Source: Candidatus Berkelbacteria bacterium (GTDB lineage: Bacteria > Patescibacteriota > UBA1384 > XYA2-FULL-43-10 > CAINNR01). Taken from it: a stretch of DNA of 64,000 bases. Of this stretch, positions 8,297 through 17,971 are shown piece by piece. The translations under genes were made by a program, and so were the position numbers. Positions within the stretch are counted from its first letter, which is position 1; the number at the start of each line of letters is the position of its first letter. Location of the stretch: positions 13,392-77,391 of the forward strand of contig JAPLVH010000006.1 in the NCBI GenBank assembly GCA_026397205.1, read 5' to 3'. The notes beneath the pieces were generated by a model, which was not told the DNA's origin, made no database searches, and was given only the letters and a program-made list of their open reading frames with translations.

Positions 8297-9550
8297 TCAG
8301 CTTTCGATTATTCCGCCGCCCAAAACTTCGTCCCACTTCGCCCGACCAAAGCGGGCTTCGCGGGACGGGCTTCGCCCGTAAATCACCGCCGACTGGCCGG
8401 GTGTAATTGCTCGTTGTGGCTCGGCGAATATGACTTTGATGTTGTCGCTAGATCCTTCGACAAGCTCAGGATGACTTGTGATTTTACAAGTCACTTCCGA
8501 ATGCCGGTATCTGATTTTAACTGAAAGATTTGAATTCTGAATTATGAATTCTGAATTGTGAATAAAATTTAAACTATTGACAATCATTTCTTTTTTGAAC
8601 ACTTCATTGTTGCCGCCAACAATCAACTGATTTTTTTCTTGATTAAATCCAACAACATAAAGCGGTTTTTTATCTTTGATTTTTGATTTGTCATTTTGAT
8701 TTTTGATTTTTGATTTTTGATCTATTAACTTTCTCTGTCCAATCGTATAATTTAGCAAACCTTGATGCTGACCGACAACATTGCCTTCGATATCGACAAT
8801 TTCGCCCGGCAGAAAAAACTTTTCTGGCAAATACCGGCGCAAAAAGTTGCGGTAATCTTTGTCGGCAAAAAAACAGATTTCCTGACTCTCCGGCTTCTCT
8901 TTGACTGGCAAATTATATTTGATCGCCAATTTTCGGACATCGATTTTTTTCATCTCGCCTAGCGGAAATAAAATTTTCGCCAACTGATTTTGATTCAGCC
9001 GGTAAAGCATATATGACTGGTCTTTGGTTTCGTCAACGCCTTTCAACAAATGATATTCCTTTTTACTTTTTGATTTATCATTTTGATCTTTGATTTTTGA
9101 TCTTTGATTTATTCTGGCATAGTGTCCCGTCGCCAATTTTTCGCAACCGATTGCCAATGCTTTTTTCAGAAGCAAATCAAATTTTATTTTTTCGTTACAG
9201 ATAATGCAGGGATTTGGCGTCCGCAAATTTTGATATTCGGTCAAAAAATAATCTACGACAGCTTTTTTGAACTCGCTTTTGGCGTTTATAACATAAAATG
9301 GAATGTTTAATTTCGCCGCTACCGCCCGGGCATCTTCCAGCGCCTGATAATCGCAACAGTGGTTGTCGCGCCGACAAGTTTTGCCATCCGGGAATAAGGG
9401 ACTTGTCCCGCGAAGTCCGCCTTGGGCAGACGAAGTGGGATCGCTCCACAATTTCAAAAACAGCCCGACCAAGTCGTGCCCGTAATCCTTTAGGATTTTT
9501 GCCGCCACGGCGGAATCAACACCACCGGACAGGGCAATTGCTAATTTCAT
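8297..9550 (-). CDS. mnmA: tRNA 2-thiouridine synthase MnmA carrying six repeat-derived in-frame insertions
   Basis: SGGVDS, TPNPCIICN, ATGHYA, KDQSY, ESQEICF, TIGQR and AITPGQSAV motifs. Confidence 0.97.
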   Translation of the reverse strand: MKLAIALSGGVDSAVAAKILKDYGHDLVGLFLKLWSDPTSSAQGGLRGTSPLFPDGKTCRRDNHCCDYQALEDARAVAAKLNIPFYVINAKSEFKKAVVDYFLTEYQNLRTPNPCIICNEKIKFDLLLKKALAIGCEKLATGHYARINQRSKIKDQNDKSKSKKEYHLLKGVDETKDQSYMLYRLNQNQLAKILFPLGEMKKIDVRKLAIKYNLPVKEKPESQEICFFADKDYRNFLRRYLPEKFFLPGEIVDIEGNVVGQHQGLLNYTIGQRKLIDQKSKIKNQNDKSKIKDKKPLYVVGFNQEKNQLIVGGNNEVFKKEMIVNSLNFIHNSEFIIQNSNLSVKIRYRHSEVTCKITSHPELVEGSSDNIKVIFAEPQRAITPGQSAVIYGRSPSREARFGRAKWDEVLGGGIIES

Positions 9551-9656
9551 AATTGAGAGTTAAGAATTCAGAATGCAGAATGTAATTTAGAATTGAGAAT
9601 TTTTCAAAACAAAATCCCCTTCCGCAATTCTAAATTCTGAGATCTTAATTCTTAAT
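9551..9656. repeat. Palindromic 7-bp-array element (AGAATTN / NAATTCT arms)
   Basis: TTAAGAATTCAGAATG...TTTAGAATTGAGAAT mirrored by AATTCTAAATTCTGAGATCTTAATTCTTAA; a similar arm lies at 17968-18017. Confidence 0.7.
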
Positions 9657-10443
9657 TGTTTCTACTAAATAATTCATTCCTTCGGACCATCGCAACCAAA
9701 AGTTCGTGCAAAATCGGCGTTCGAAGCTGAGTTTTATACTCGGAAAGTGCTTGAAATTTTGTATCTTCCTCCGATTGACTTAAAGATAATTTCTGCCAGT
9801 TGTGGTTACCATTTGCTAATCGTTTTGGCGGCGTCAAAAATTTATCTTCATGCAAACCAATTGGTCGCGGGTAAAAAGTCGAATGAACCAAATATGAATA
9901 GCCGCTGGCATTTTGGTAATTTGGCAAAAGATTTTTGACTGTTTGACCGATAAATTTGTGATCAGGATTTTGATCCGACGAATCGGGGTAGATAATTATC
10001 GTTGGCGAAAAATTATCAATCTGATTTTTCAACATCGCCGATAAGTCAGCGGCGGAAACTTTTTTTGCCAGATAAAATTCCGGCTGATTCAAAAAAACCA
10101 GGTCGGATGATGATAATCCTAAAATTTCCGCTACTTTTTGAAACTCCGCCCGGCGCTCGGCACCTAAACCGCGACGATTACCATCGGTAACCAGAACGAC
10201 TTCGACTTTGGCGCCAAGATTTTTTGCTTTGACGATAGCTCCACCGGTGGCGATCGTTTCGTCATCCGGGTGTGGTGAAAAAACTAAAACTCGGTCGGAA
10301 CTTTTTATCTGAATCTCCGCCATATTTTCGATCGACGATTGCGGCAAAACCGAATAAAAATGACGATAAACTAGGTAACCGGCAAGTGCCAAAATAGCAA
10401 CGCTGAAAACAATCCAGAGAAATTTTTTAGAAAGAAATTTCAT
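9652..10443 (-). CDS. PIG-L/LmbE family deacetylase with N-terminal anchor
   Basis: SPHPDDE, VTDG, NPDH and YKTQ motifs. Confidence 0.9.
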   Translation of the reverse strand: MKFLSKKFLWIVFSVAILALAGYLVYRHFYSVLPQSSIENMAEIQIKSSDRVLVFSPHPDDETIATGGAIVKAKNLGAKVEVVLVTDGNRRGLGAERRAEFQKVAEILGLSSSDLVFLNQPEFYLAKKVSAADLSAMLKNQIDNFSPTIIIYPDSSDQNPDHKFIGQTVKNLLPNYQNASGYSYLVHSTFYPRPIGLHEDKFLTPPKRLANGNHNWQKLSLSQSEEDTKFQALSEYKTQLRTPILHELLVAMVRRNELFSRNN

Positions 10444-10865
10444 TTTTTAAGTATCTTAAGTTGCTTAATTTTCTTCCGATAATCTTTTATCGCTTTCCTC
10501 ACCCCCTCTTCGGCCAAAATTGAGCAGTGGTATTTTGCCGGCGGGAATTTGCCCATCTCGGCGGCGATCTGTTTTGATGTTAGCTTTAACGCTTCTTCAA
10601 GTGATTTACCTTTCACTAGTTCGGTCGCAATAGACGACGAAGCAATCGCCGCCCCACAGCCCAAGGTTTGGAATTTGATGTCGGAAATGTATTCTTCTGG
10701 CTTACCGCTTACTAGCTTACGACTTACGACTTTTATAAAAATTCGCATAACATCCCCGCAATTCGGATTGCCGACAGTTCCGACGCCGTCGGCACCTTTA
10801 ATCTCACCGAGATTTCTCGGGTTTCGAAAATGCTCCATTATTTTTTCACTATATAAATTTTCCAT
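10440..10865 (-). CDS. iscU: Fe-S cluster scaffold IscU/NifU
   Basis: EHFRNPRN, GNPNCGD, GCGAAIASSS and HCSILA; contains a 7-mer insert (VVSRKLVSGK). Confidence 0.95.
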   Translation of the reverse strand: MENLYSEKIMEHFRNPRNLGEIKGADGVGTVGNPNCGDVMRIFIKVVSRKLVSGKPEEYISDIKFQTLGCGAAIASSSIATELVKGKSLEEALKLTSKQIAAEMGKFPPAKYHCSILAEEGVRKAIKDYRKKIKQLKILKK

Positions 10866-10900
10866 CTTTATTCTTAAAAATCTTAAGTGGCTTAAGTTAC

Positions 10901-12142
10901 TTATTTCATCGGTGACATATTTCTAAGTTTTTCGACGATTTTTGGCATTACTTCCAATACCTTACCAATTTCCGCCTTGGTTGTCGAGCGGCCGAGGGTG
11001 AAACGAATCGAGCCGTGACACTGCTCTGGGTGCAAACCCATCGAAATCAGGACATGAGACGGCTCAAGCGAGCCGGAGGTGCAAGCCGAACCGGTCGAGG
11101 CGGCAATATTTTCCATATCAAGATTCAATAAAATTGATTCGCCTTCGGCATTCAAAAAAGAGATGTTGACATTCGCCGGCGACCGAAACTCCCGGCTACC
11201 GTTCAAAAATGAATTTGGAATTTTCAAAAGTCCATCGATTAATCCGTTTCTTAAATTTTCAATTCCATTTTTATTATTTATTATTTTTGATTTATTATTT
11301 AAAATTTCCACCGCTTTCCCAAACCCAACAATTCCCGCAACATTCTCCGTCCCGGCTCGCTTTTTATACTCCTGTCCGCCACCAACAATTTGCTGTTTGA
11401 TTTCGACCCCGTCGCGAAGATATAAAAGTCCGACACCTTTGGGTCCGTAAATTTTGTGTGCCGACAGCGTCAAAAGATCAACATGCAAATAGTCAACATT
11501 CATTTCAAAATACTCCGCCGCCTGCACCGCATCAGTGTGAAAAAAAATCCTACCGATATTTTGATCTTTGATCTTTGATTTTTGATTTTGTTTTTCAATC
11601 ATTTTCCCGATTTCCCGAATTGGCTGAACCGTTCCGATTTCGTTGTTGACATACATAATTGAAACCAATACTGTGTTTTTTTTGATTGCCGCCTCGACGT
11701 CGGCAACTTCGATAATTCCGTCGCGATTCGGCTTAACATATGTCGCTTCAATTTTCCCCTCTTCCTCCAACTCCTTGACCGACTGCAGCACCGCATGATG
11801 TTCAAACACACTGGTGATAATATGTGGTTTTTGGTTTTCTTTTTCTATTTTTACTCTGTCATTTTGCATTTTGATTTTTGATATTTGATTTTCTATAATT
11901 CCTCTTATCGCCAAATTGTCGGATTCCGATCCACCCGAAGTGAAAATAATTTCCTCCGTTTTGCAATTCAAAAACTCGGCAATTTTTCGCCGCGCTTCAT
12001 CAACGGCAAAACGCGCTTCCTGGCCGAGACCGTGAATCGAGGACGGATTTCCAAACTTATCGCTAAAATATGGCAGCATCTTTTTCAGCACATTATCATC
12101 CACCAAAGTCGTAGCCGCGTGATCTAAATATATTTTTTTCAT
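10901..12142 (-). CDS. iscS: Cysteine desulfurase IscS/NifS with repeat-derived insertions
   Basis: YLDHAATT, SAHKIYGPKG and STGSACTSG motifs; start set at MKKIY. Confidence 0.96.
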   Translation of the reverse strand: MKKIYLDHAATTLVDDNVLKKMLPYFSDKFGNPSSIHGLGQEARFAVDEARRKIAEFLNCKTEEIIFTSGGSESDNLAIRGIIENQISKIKMQNDRVKIEKENQKPHIITSVFEHHAVLQSVKELEEEGKIEATYVKPNRDGIIEVADVEAAIKKNTVLVSIMYVNNEIGTVQPIREIGKMIEKQNQKSKIKDQNIGRIFFHTDAVQAAEYFEMNVDYLHVDLLTLSAHKIYGPKGVGLLYLRDGVEIKQQIVGGGQEYKKRAGTENVAGIVGFGKAVEILNNKSKIINNKNGIENLRNGLIDGLLKIPNSFLNGSREFRSPANVNISFLNAEGESILLNLDMENIAASTGSACTSGSLEPSHVLISMGLHPEQCHGSIRFTLGRSTTKAEIGKVLEVMPKIVEKLRNMSPMK

Positions 12143-12228
12143 AAGAAATAAAAAATAAAAAATCAAATATTAAAATGATAAATCAAAATTCAAAAAGGAT
12201 TTCTGGAATCTTTTTCTTTTTTACTCCG

Positions 12229-12480
12229 TCATTTTGCATTTTGATTTTTTCTAGCTTCAGCTGACCCTGCGGGGATATTTGCATTTGCAATCCTTCGCAA
12301 ATCCTCCATGCATTTTTTACAACCACTACCGGAAACCGCCGACTCAAATTCTTCTTTTGGCAACAAAAACGCCACCGGCTTTGAATAGCGACTGACTTGA
12401 TAAATTTCACCCGCCTCGACCTCTTTCATTACTTTCGAGATTTGATTTTGTAGCTGGTTGATATTAATTTGTTTCATCAT
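12229..12480 (-). CDS. Phd/YefM-family antitoxin-like protein (orphan)
   Basis: ININQLQNQISKVMKEVEAGEIYQVSRYSKPVAFL is a typical Phd N-terminal pattern. Confidence 0.75.
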   Translation of the reverse strand: MMKQININQLQNQISKVMKEVEAGEIYQVSRYSKPVAFLLPKEEFESAVSGSGCKKCMEDLRRIANANIPAGSAEARKNQNAK

Positions 12481-12626
12481 TTTCCGAAATTAGTTATTCG
12501 TTATTTGGACCATTCGTCATCCATTTCTGTCATTTCTAATATAACATTTGACCTAACATTTTGTCAAGCATTGCTTTCTGTAAATTTAATTGCTATTATT
12601 GAGATAACCAAACGGAGGTGTTGGCG

Positions 12627-13004
12627 ATGGCACATGTCCGAACACATAGCATTTTCCCCCGGTTTTTGCGCCGTTATATTGAGAAATTCTATCGGCGACA
12701 AAATAACTTCAAAATCGGATTCTATCGGCTAGCGGGAAAAAAGATATTCTTAGACAGCTCTGTTCGAATGCAATTGTGGTCCGATCTAGTGGAAATACTG
12801 GAAAAAGCTGGTTGTCTGATTGTTGACAGCCAGCCAAATTCGGATATCCGTATCAGATTTCATGGCGGAATGTTGATAGCTAGCTTCAAAAACCGTCCGC
12901 ACAACGGAATGGCATCGCCGATTTACAGCAACATCGGATCCAGCGTAAAAATATTCTTTTTCAACTTGGCGGAAAAATTCGGTGGCTTCACCACGGCTGG
13001 CTAG
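12627..13004 (+). CDS. ORFan protein with own promoter, SD and terminator
   Basis: TTGCTT-N17-TATTAT; CGGAGGTG SD; ACCACGGCT/AGCTGTGGT hairpin plus T-run at the stop. Confidence 0.65.
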   Translation: MAHVRTHSIFPRFLRRYIEKFYRRQNNFKIGFYRLAGKKIFLDSSVRMQLWSDLVEILEKAGCLIVDSQPNSDIRIRFHGGMLIASFKNRPHNGMASPIYSNIGSSVKIFFFNLAEKFGGFTTAG

Positions 13005-13107
13005 CTGTGGTTTTTTTATAATTTGTGTAATTAGCTCACGATCGGAAGTGAATTACACAAATCTGAGACCAAATAGTTCTCGCTTAGACACTCGAACGAT
13101 AAAAAAT

Positions 13108-13896
13108 TTAATTGAGTCCAAAAAGTGTCATCGCTTTTTTGGTTGTTGTTCGCTCGACTTCGGTCAAAGAAACTTTTTTAATTCTGGCGATCTCTTCAGC
13201 GACGCGAACGACAAAAGCCGGCTCATTTCTTTTGCCGCGGTACGGCTCCGGCGCCAAATACGGGCAATCGGTTTCGATCATCATCGCACCCAAGGGAATT
13301 GACTCAATCAAAACCTCTCGCGAGCTGTCGCGACCAAAAGTGATATTGCCGGTGAAAGAGATCGCCATTCCGAGCTCCAAAATCTTTTTGGCGAATTCGT
13401 TGTCGCCGGAAAAACAGTGTAGAACGCCACGGATATCTTTTTGGTAGCTTTTGAGGATGGCGTAAATATCGCTTTCGGCTTCGCGGCAGTGAATAATTAC
13501 CGGCTTTCGGAGCTCGATCGAAAGATCCAACATTTGCTCGAAACAAAAAATCTGTTTCTCTCTTGTCGGATATTTTGAAAATTGCGACGAGCGTTTTAAG
13601 TAATAATAATCAAGACCGATTTCACCGACAGCGACAACTTTCGGGTGGGCGGCCAGAGTAAAAAGTCGTTGTTTGGTTTCAATGTCTAGGTCGTTAGCCG
13701 AGTGTGGGTGGACGCCGACGGCGGCGAAGATCTCCGGATACTTTCGCGCCAGATCAACCGATTTTTTTGACGACTCAAAATCAACGCCGACATTGATAAT
13801 TCGACCGACATCATTTTCACCAGCCCGACCCAAAACCTCATGAACTTCGTTTTTGAAGTCGGGAAAATCAAGATGTGTGTGAGTATCGATAAGCAT
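13108..13896 (-). CDS. tatD: TatD family DNase
   Basis: IDTHTHLD, GVHPH, GEIGLDY, HCREA, HCFSG and ETDCPYLAP motifs. Confidence 0.96.
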   Translation of the reverse strand: MLIDTHTHLDFPDFKNEVHEVLGRAGENDVGRIINVGVDFESSKKSVDLARKYPEIFAAVGVHPHSANDLDIETKQRLFTLAAHPKVVAVGEIGLDYYYLKRSSQFSKYPTREKQIFCFEQMLDLSIELRKPVIIHCREAESDIYAILKSYQKDIRGVLHCFSGDNEFAKKILELGMAISFTGNITFGRDSSREVLIESIPLGAMMIETDCPYLAPEPYRGKRNEPAFVVRVAEEIARIKKVSLTEVERTTTKKAMTLFGLN

Positions 13897-13935
13897 TTTT
13901 TACCTAAGTTGCTTAGGTGACTTAAGTGACTTAGA

Positions 13936-14775
13936 TTATCTAAAGAAGCTAACCCAAACCACCGTCGCGATTATGATTGCCGAGGCGATAATATCCCGTT
14001 TTTTCAGATTCTCCTTAAAGTAAAAGGCGGAAAAAAAGTAGACCAGGAGCGGACCCAAAACCAGAATGATCGTCGTTTCAACAACGCCAAGCCGGGCAAA
14101 GCCGTAAAATTTCAAAACCATTTGCACGACACCAAAAGCCGCCGACAAAATTATATAAGCAAAACAGCGTGCCGGCATTGCCAAAAGTTTCGGTCGCCAA
14201 AAGATTAGGAATATAATTGCCATCACCGAAGTTCGGGCAAAATAGAGCGACGCCGGTGAAAAAACGCCGAGAAGCATTTTAATAATGATTGATTCGAGCG
14301 ACATTAAAAGCATCGCTAGCACGATGACGCCGGTGTTACGGCTGATTTGCAGGTGATGATGGCGGAATCGTGAAGCGACCAAAACAATCGAAGCAATACC
14401 ACCGGCAATGAATAGCGGCAAATTCCGCTCATTTGGAAGAAAAATTTCGGAAAAAACGATGGTGAACAGCGGCGCCAAAAGCATTACCATTTCAAAATTG
14501 TGAATCTCCTCCGACTGAATTCCGCGATAATAAAACGAGTTCCAGGTGATGGCGACAATAATCATTGCCAAAAATAGCAAGATATATTTCGTCGTAAATA
14601 GTAACTGCCAGTTGACGACACCGAATTTCGGCAGAAGAAAGGCAGTGATAACTGCCAACCACAAAAAAAGTAGCGGCACAAATCGCTTGACCGGAATTTT
14701 ATAGCGGGAGAGGACAACCTTGTCAACAACCACCCCGCCGGCATAGCCAATTGCAGCGATGAATGATTCAATCAT
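13936..14775 (-). CDS. EamA/DMT family transporter
   Basis: About 10 TM helices in two repeats, each ending in a FLPNE/YFKE-type motif. Confidence 0.8.
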   Translation of the reverse strand: MIESFIAAIGYAGGVVVDKVVLSRYKIPVKRFVPLLFLWLAVITAFLLPKFGVVNWQLLFTTKYILLFLAMIIVAITWNSFYYRGIQSEEIHNFEMVMLLAPLFTIVFSEIFLPNERNLPLFIAGGIASIVLVASRFRHHHLQISRNTGVIVLAMLLMSLESIIIKMLLGVFSPASLYFARTSVMAIIFLIFWRPKLLAMPARCFAYIILSAAFGVVQMVLKFYGFARLGVVETTIILVLGPLLVYFFSAFYFKENLKKRDIIASAIIIATVVWVSFFR

Positions 14776-14831
14776 AAAAGTTCAAAATTAAAAGTGAAAA
14801 GTGAAAAATTATAATTTAAAACTTGAAAATA

Positions 14832-15110
14832 TCATTTAACCCTCAGTCCCGAATACTCCGAAAGAGTTTTCAAAGTTTCTCGGACCGACGGGTTGCCCGT
14901 GTTTTCAACATTAACCGAATAATTTTCCGCCAACTTGGTAATTACTTCGTCAGCCCAAGAAGGAGTCAAAACTTTGATACCGGAGAAATCAACGACAATC
15001 GTTTCCTTTTTGTCTACATCTCTCAAATGAGATGACATAACCAAAAACGCTTCTCTACCAGCCGGACGAGAAACCAAAATGTCACCAAATTTTACCAATT
15101 CAATTTTCAT
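14832..15110 (-). CDS. STAS-like (DUF4325) protein
   Basis: FGDILVSRPAGRE and VDFSGIKVLTPSWADE motifs. Confidence 0.8.
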   Translation of the reverse strand: MKIELVKFGDILVSRPAGREAFLVMSSHLRDVDKKETIVVDFSGIKVLTPSWADEVITKLAENYSVNVENTGNPSVRETLKTLSEYSGLRVK

Positions 15111-15116
15111 AATATT

Positions 15117-15683
15117 TTAGTTAGAAATAATTGCCAAACAGCCGTTAATTTTTCCTGACTGACTAATTTTCATTTCATTATTTAGCTCGGCTTTGGCCGA
15201 ACCGGAAATGAAAACCAGATGGCTTTCTGTTTGTTTCACACTTTCTTTGACAAATTTCAATCCGTTACCACGAGACTCCGGTGCCCGACCGGAAATTTTT
15301 TCGTTGAAAGCAGTGTCCAAAGCTTCTTGATCATTTTTCAACTCCGGTTTTACTCGTTTCAAAGTTTTTAAAATTCCCTGGCCACGATCGGCTAAAATTA
15401 TTGTCAGCTTTTTGCCGTCAATTTCATAAGCGAAGAAAATTCCAACAATATCCGGCCAGTTCCCCAAATTGTGGTCGAATGAATTATTCCCAATCTCACT
15501 AGCGATTGCTGACAAAATATAAACATCGTTTTCCGGAATCTCAGAATTGTTGAGAAGAAAATTCACCATCGAATCAAATCGAGGTTGAAAAATGTCTCTT
15601 GTGGCACAATAATACTTTTCTTCGATTTGAAAAGCCGTGTCGGATTCTGCCCATTTTTGAGCCAAATTAATAATTTTTTTCAT
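15117..15683 (-). CDS. HATPase-like ATP-binding protein
   Basis: EIGNNSFDH (N box), ADRGQGI (G1) and RGNGL (G2). Confidence 0.8.
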   Translation of the reverse strand: MKKIINLAQKWAESDTAFQIEEKYYCATRDIFQPRFDSMVNFLLNNSEIPENDVYILSAIASEIGNNSFDHNLGNWPDIVGIFFAYEIDGKKLTIILADRGQGILKTLKRVKPELKNDQEALDTAFNEKISGRAPESRGNGLKFVKESVKQTESHLVFISGSAKAELNNEMKISQSGKINGCLAIISN

Positions 15684-15703
15684 GTTTTGATTATATCAGA
15701 AAT

Positions 15704-17131
15704 TTATTTCTCAATTCGTGGGAAAAGCGGTTCGGGTTTTAAGGTTTCCAGTTGATGTTTCATTTTGTCCGCGGTTTCCGGCATAAAGTAGGAAATCGGC
15801 GTGACCAGATTCGACAGCGACCGATGGACTTCCGACAAAACCTCAACCAGTTTTCCACTGTCGGACTTCGCCAACTCCCAAGGTTTACTTTGGTCAATAA
15901 ATTGATTTAATTCGGCAATGACTTTCCAAATTTCCGTTAGCGCTTGATCGAATTTCAATTCCTCGATCAGATTTAATATTTTTATGTTTGTTTCTGGTTT
16001 TTCTTCATTTGTTTCGGATTTCGATATTCGGATTTTGTATTTATTTATCATACTTATCGTTCTCTGCAGCAAATTCCCCAACCCGTTCGCCAGGTCAGAT
16101 TGATAACGTGCCGCCAATTTTTCCTCCGAGACATCGCCGTCTTGACCAAAAGGAACTTCACGCAAAAGAAAATAGCGAACGGCATCAACGCAATATTTTT
16201 CCGCAAGCTCTACCGGATCAAGAACATTGCCGAGCGACTTACTCATCTTTGCGCCACCGGAAGTAAAAAATCCGTGAGCGAAAACTTTTCGCGGAATTTC
16301 CTCACCGATCGCCAACAAAAGTGCCGGCCAAATAACGCAATGGAATTTGATAATGTCTTTGCCGACGAGATGTAAATCAGCCGGCCAAAAACGATGAAAT
16401 TCCCGAACATCTTCGCCATAACAGATCGCCGAACAGTAATTAAAAAGTTCATCGAGCCAAACATAAATCGTTTGATTTTTATCCCATGGCAAAGGGAGGG
16501 CAAATTTGGCATTTTGGCGCGAAACGGCGATGTCTTCCAATCCTTGCGAGATAAACGACAAAACTTCGTTCTTGCGTTCATCTGGTGCAATGATTAATTC
16601 GTCACTCTTGATTTTTTTTGTTAAAATTTCGCCATATTCCGACAGTTTGAAAAACCAATTTTTTTCCTTGACGATTTCCGGCTTCGTTTTGTGTTCCGGA
16701 CAAACTCCGTCAACTAAATCTGACTGTTTGACAAACGCCTCGTGGCCGACACAATACAAACCTTCGTAATCCTTTTCATACAATTTCCCCGATTCTTTTA
16801 GTTTGATGAAGAATTTTTCGACCGCTTTTTCGTGGCGCGGTTCGGTTGTCCGAATAAAATCATCGTTGGAAATGTTTAATTTTTTCCAAGCCGACTTAAA
16901 TTTCGGTGCCATCTCGTCGACAAATTCCTCCGGCTCTTTGCCGGCTTTTTCAGCGCTGGCGGCGATTTTGCTACCATGCTCGGCGACACCGGTCAGGAAA
17001 AAAACCTCGTCGCCGCGGGCGCGATAAAACCTTGCCAAAACATCGGCGGCGATTGTCGTATAAGCCGAGCCGACATGCGGTTTATCATTGACATAATAAA
17101 TCGGAGTTGTGATGTAAAACTTTTTGTTCAT
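15704..17131 (-). CDS. metG: Methionyl-tRNA synthetase (short form)
   Basis: TTPIYYVNDKPHVG, YVWLD, GKDI and KMSKS motifs. Confidence 0.97.
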   Translation of the reverse strand: MNKKFYITTPIYYVNDKPHVGSAYTTIAADVLARFYRARGDEVFFLTGVAEHGSKIAASAEKAGKEPEEFVDEMAPKFKSAWKKLNISNDDFIRTTEPRHEKAVEKFFIKLKESGKLYEKDYEGLYCVGHEAFVKQSDLVDGVCPEHKTKPEIVKEKNWFFKLSEYGEILTKKIKSDELIIAPDERKNEVLSFISQGLEDIAVSRQNAKFALPLPWDKNQTIYVWLDELFNYCSAICYGEDVREFHRFWPADLHLVGKDIIKFHCVIWPALLLAIGEEIPRKVFAHGFFTSGGAKMSKSLGNVLDPVELAEKYCVDAVRYFLLREVPFGQDGDVSEEKLAARYQSDLANGLGNLLQRTISMINKYKIRISKSETNEEKPETNIKILNLIEELKFDQALTEIWKVIAELNQFIDQSKPWELAKSDSGKLVEVLSEVHRSLSNLVTPISYFMPETADKMKHQLETLKPEPLFPRIEK

Positions 17132-17168
17132 AATCCAATCGTATCAAATCGAAGTTCTCTCGTAAAGC

Positions 17169-17197
17169 TTGACAAAGCCAAAATTTTTGTGTACTAT
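17169..17197 (+). promoter_or_regulatory. Sigma70 promoter
   Basis: TTGACA-N17-TACTAT upstream of the small ORF at 17235. Confidence 0.6.
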
Positions 17198-17234
17198 ATA
17201 TAGTAAACGACCACGCTCCACAGGGGGCGAGACG

Positions 17235-17393
17235 ATGAGTAAGCTTCTCGAGGTTGCAATGGGAATAGGTTTGGTGTGTATAGCTGCCGGACTTTTGACG
17301 ATCTTCGCCTGTTTGTGTAATGGCAGAAAAACTCGAGAATTCGAAACCATAAATCACATTTCTCTTGACGGCCAACCGCTAGCCCCACACTAG
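17235..17393 (+). CDS. Small single-TM peptide (52 aa)
   Basis: AGGGGG SD, promoter, and a CCGCTAG/CTAGCGG plus T-run terminator overlapping the stop. Confidence 0.55.
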   Translation: MSKLLEVAMGIGLVCIAAGLLTIFACLCNGRKTREFETINHISLDGQPLAPH

Positions 17394-17431
17394 CGGCTTT
17401 TTTTTATTTTCGCCAAAGAAAAAAGCGACCA

Positions 17432-17899
17432 TTATTCGGCCGCTTCAATGTTTTGTTTTAATTCTTTTTCTTTTTGCCGTAAAATCCAGATTCCAAACAG
17501 AGTCGCGTACAAGGCCGACGCCGATTCCAATGCAAGAAACAACTGGAAATGTCGGCCATCAGCCAAAAAAACCAGTAGAATCGTCAGCGACGCAACTAAT
17601 CCGAGCAACCAAAGACATCGGAAAATAATTCGAGATGACTCGGAGTTTACCAGCTCTGGCAAAACACGCTTTTCTTCCAAAAGATATGCAATGCAGAAAA
17701 TACAGGCGGAAGAAATCCCAAGAAATGCGATCGCGGCTAAAATCAACCCAACAAGTTGCAACGCGTACAAATCAACTGATGGATGTCTGGCAGAAAAAGT
17801 CAGACCAGAACATGTGAGCGCCATTGGAGCCACTCCGAGCCACAAAACAAACATCATGATATTAAACAGCGTCTTGAAAAGATACTTCGCCGTCACCAT
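17432..17899 (-). CDS. ORFan membrane protein (about 4 TM)
   Basis: CGGAGG SD; hydrophobic segments. Confidence 0.65.
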   Translation of the reverse strand: MVTAKYLFKTLFNIMMFVLWLGVAPMALTCSGLTFSARHPSVDLYALQLVGLILAAIAFLGISSACIFCIAYLLEEKRVLPELVNSESSRIIFRCLWLLGLVASLTILLVFLADGRHFQLFLALESASALYATLFGIWILRQKEKELKQNIEAAE

Positions 17900-17971
17900 T
17901 TGTCTTCGCCTCCGGAACCTGGAATACCTATTTTATACCACAACGAGAAAAATTTTACAATGCAAAAATTC

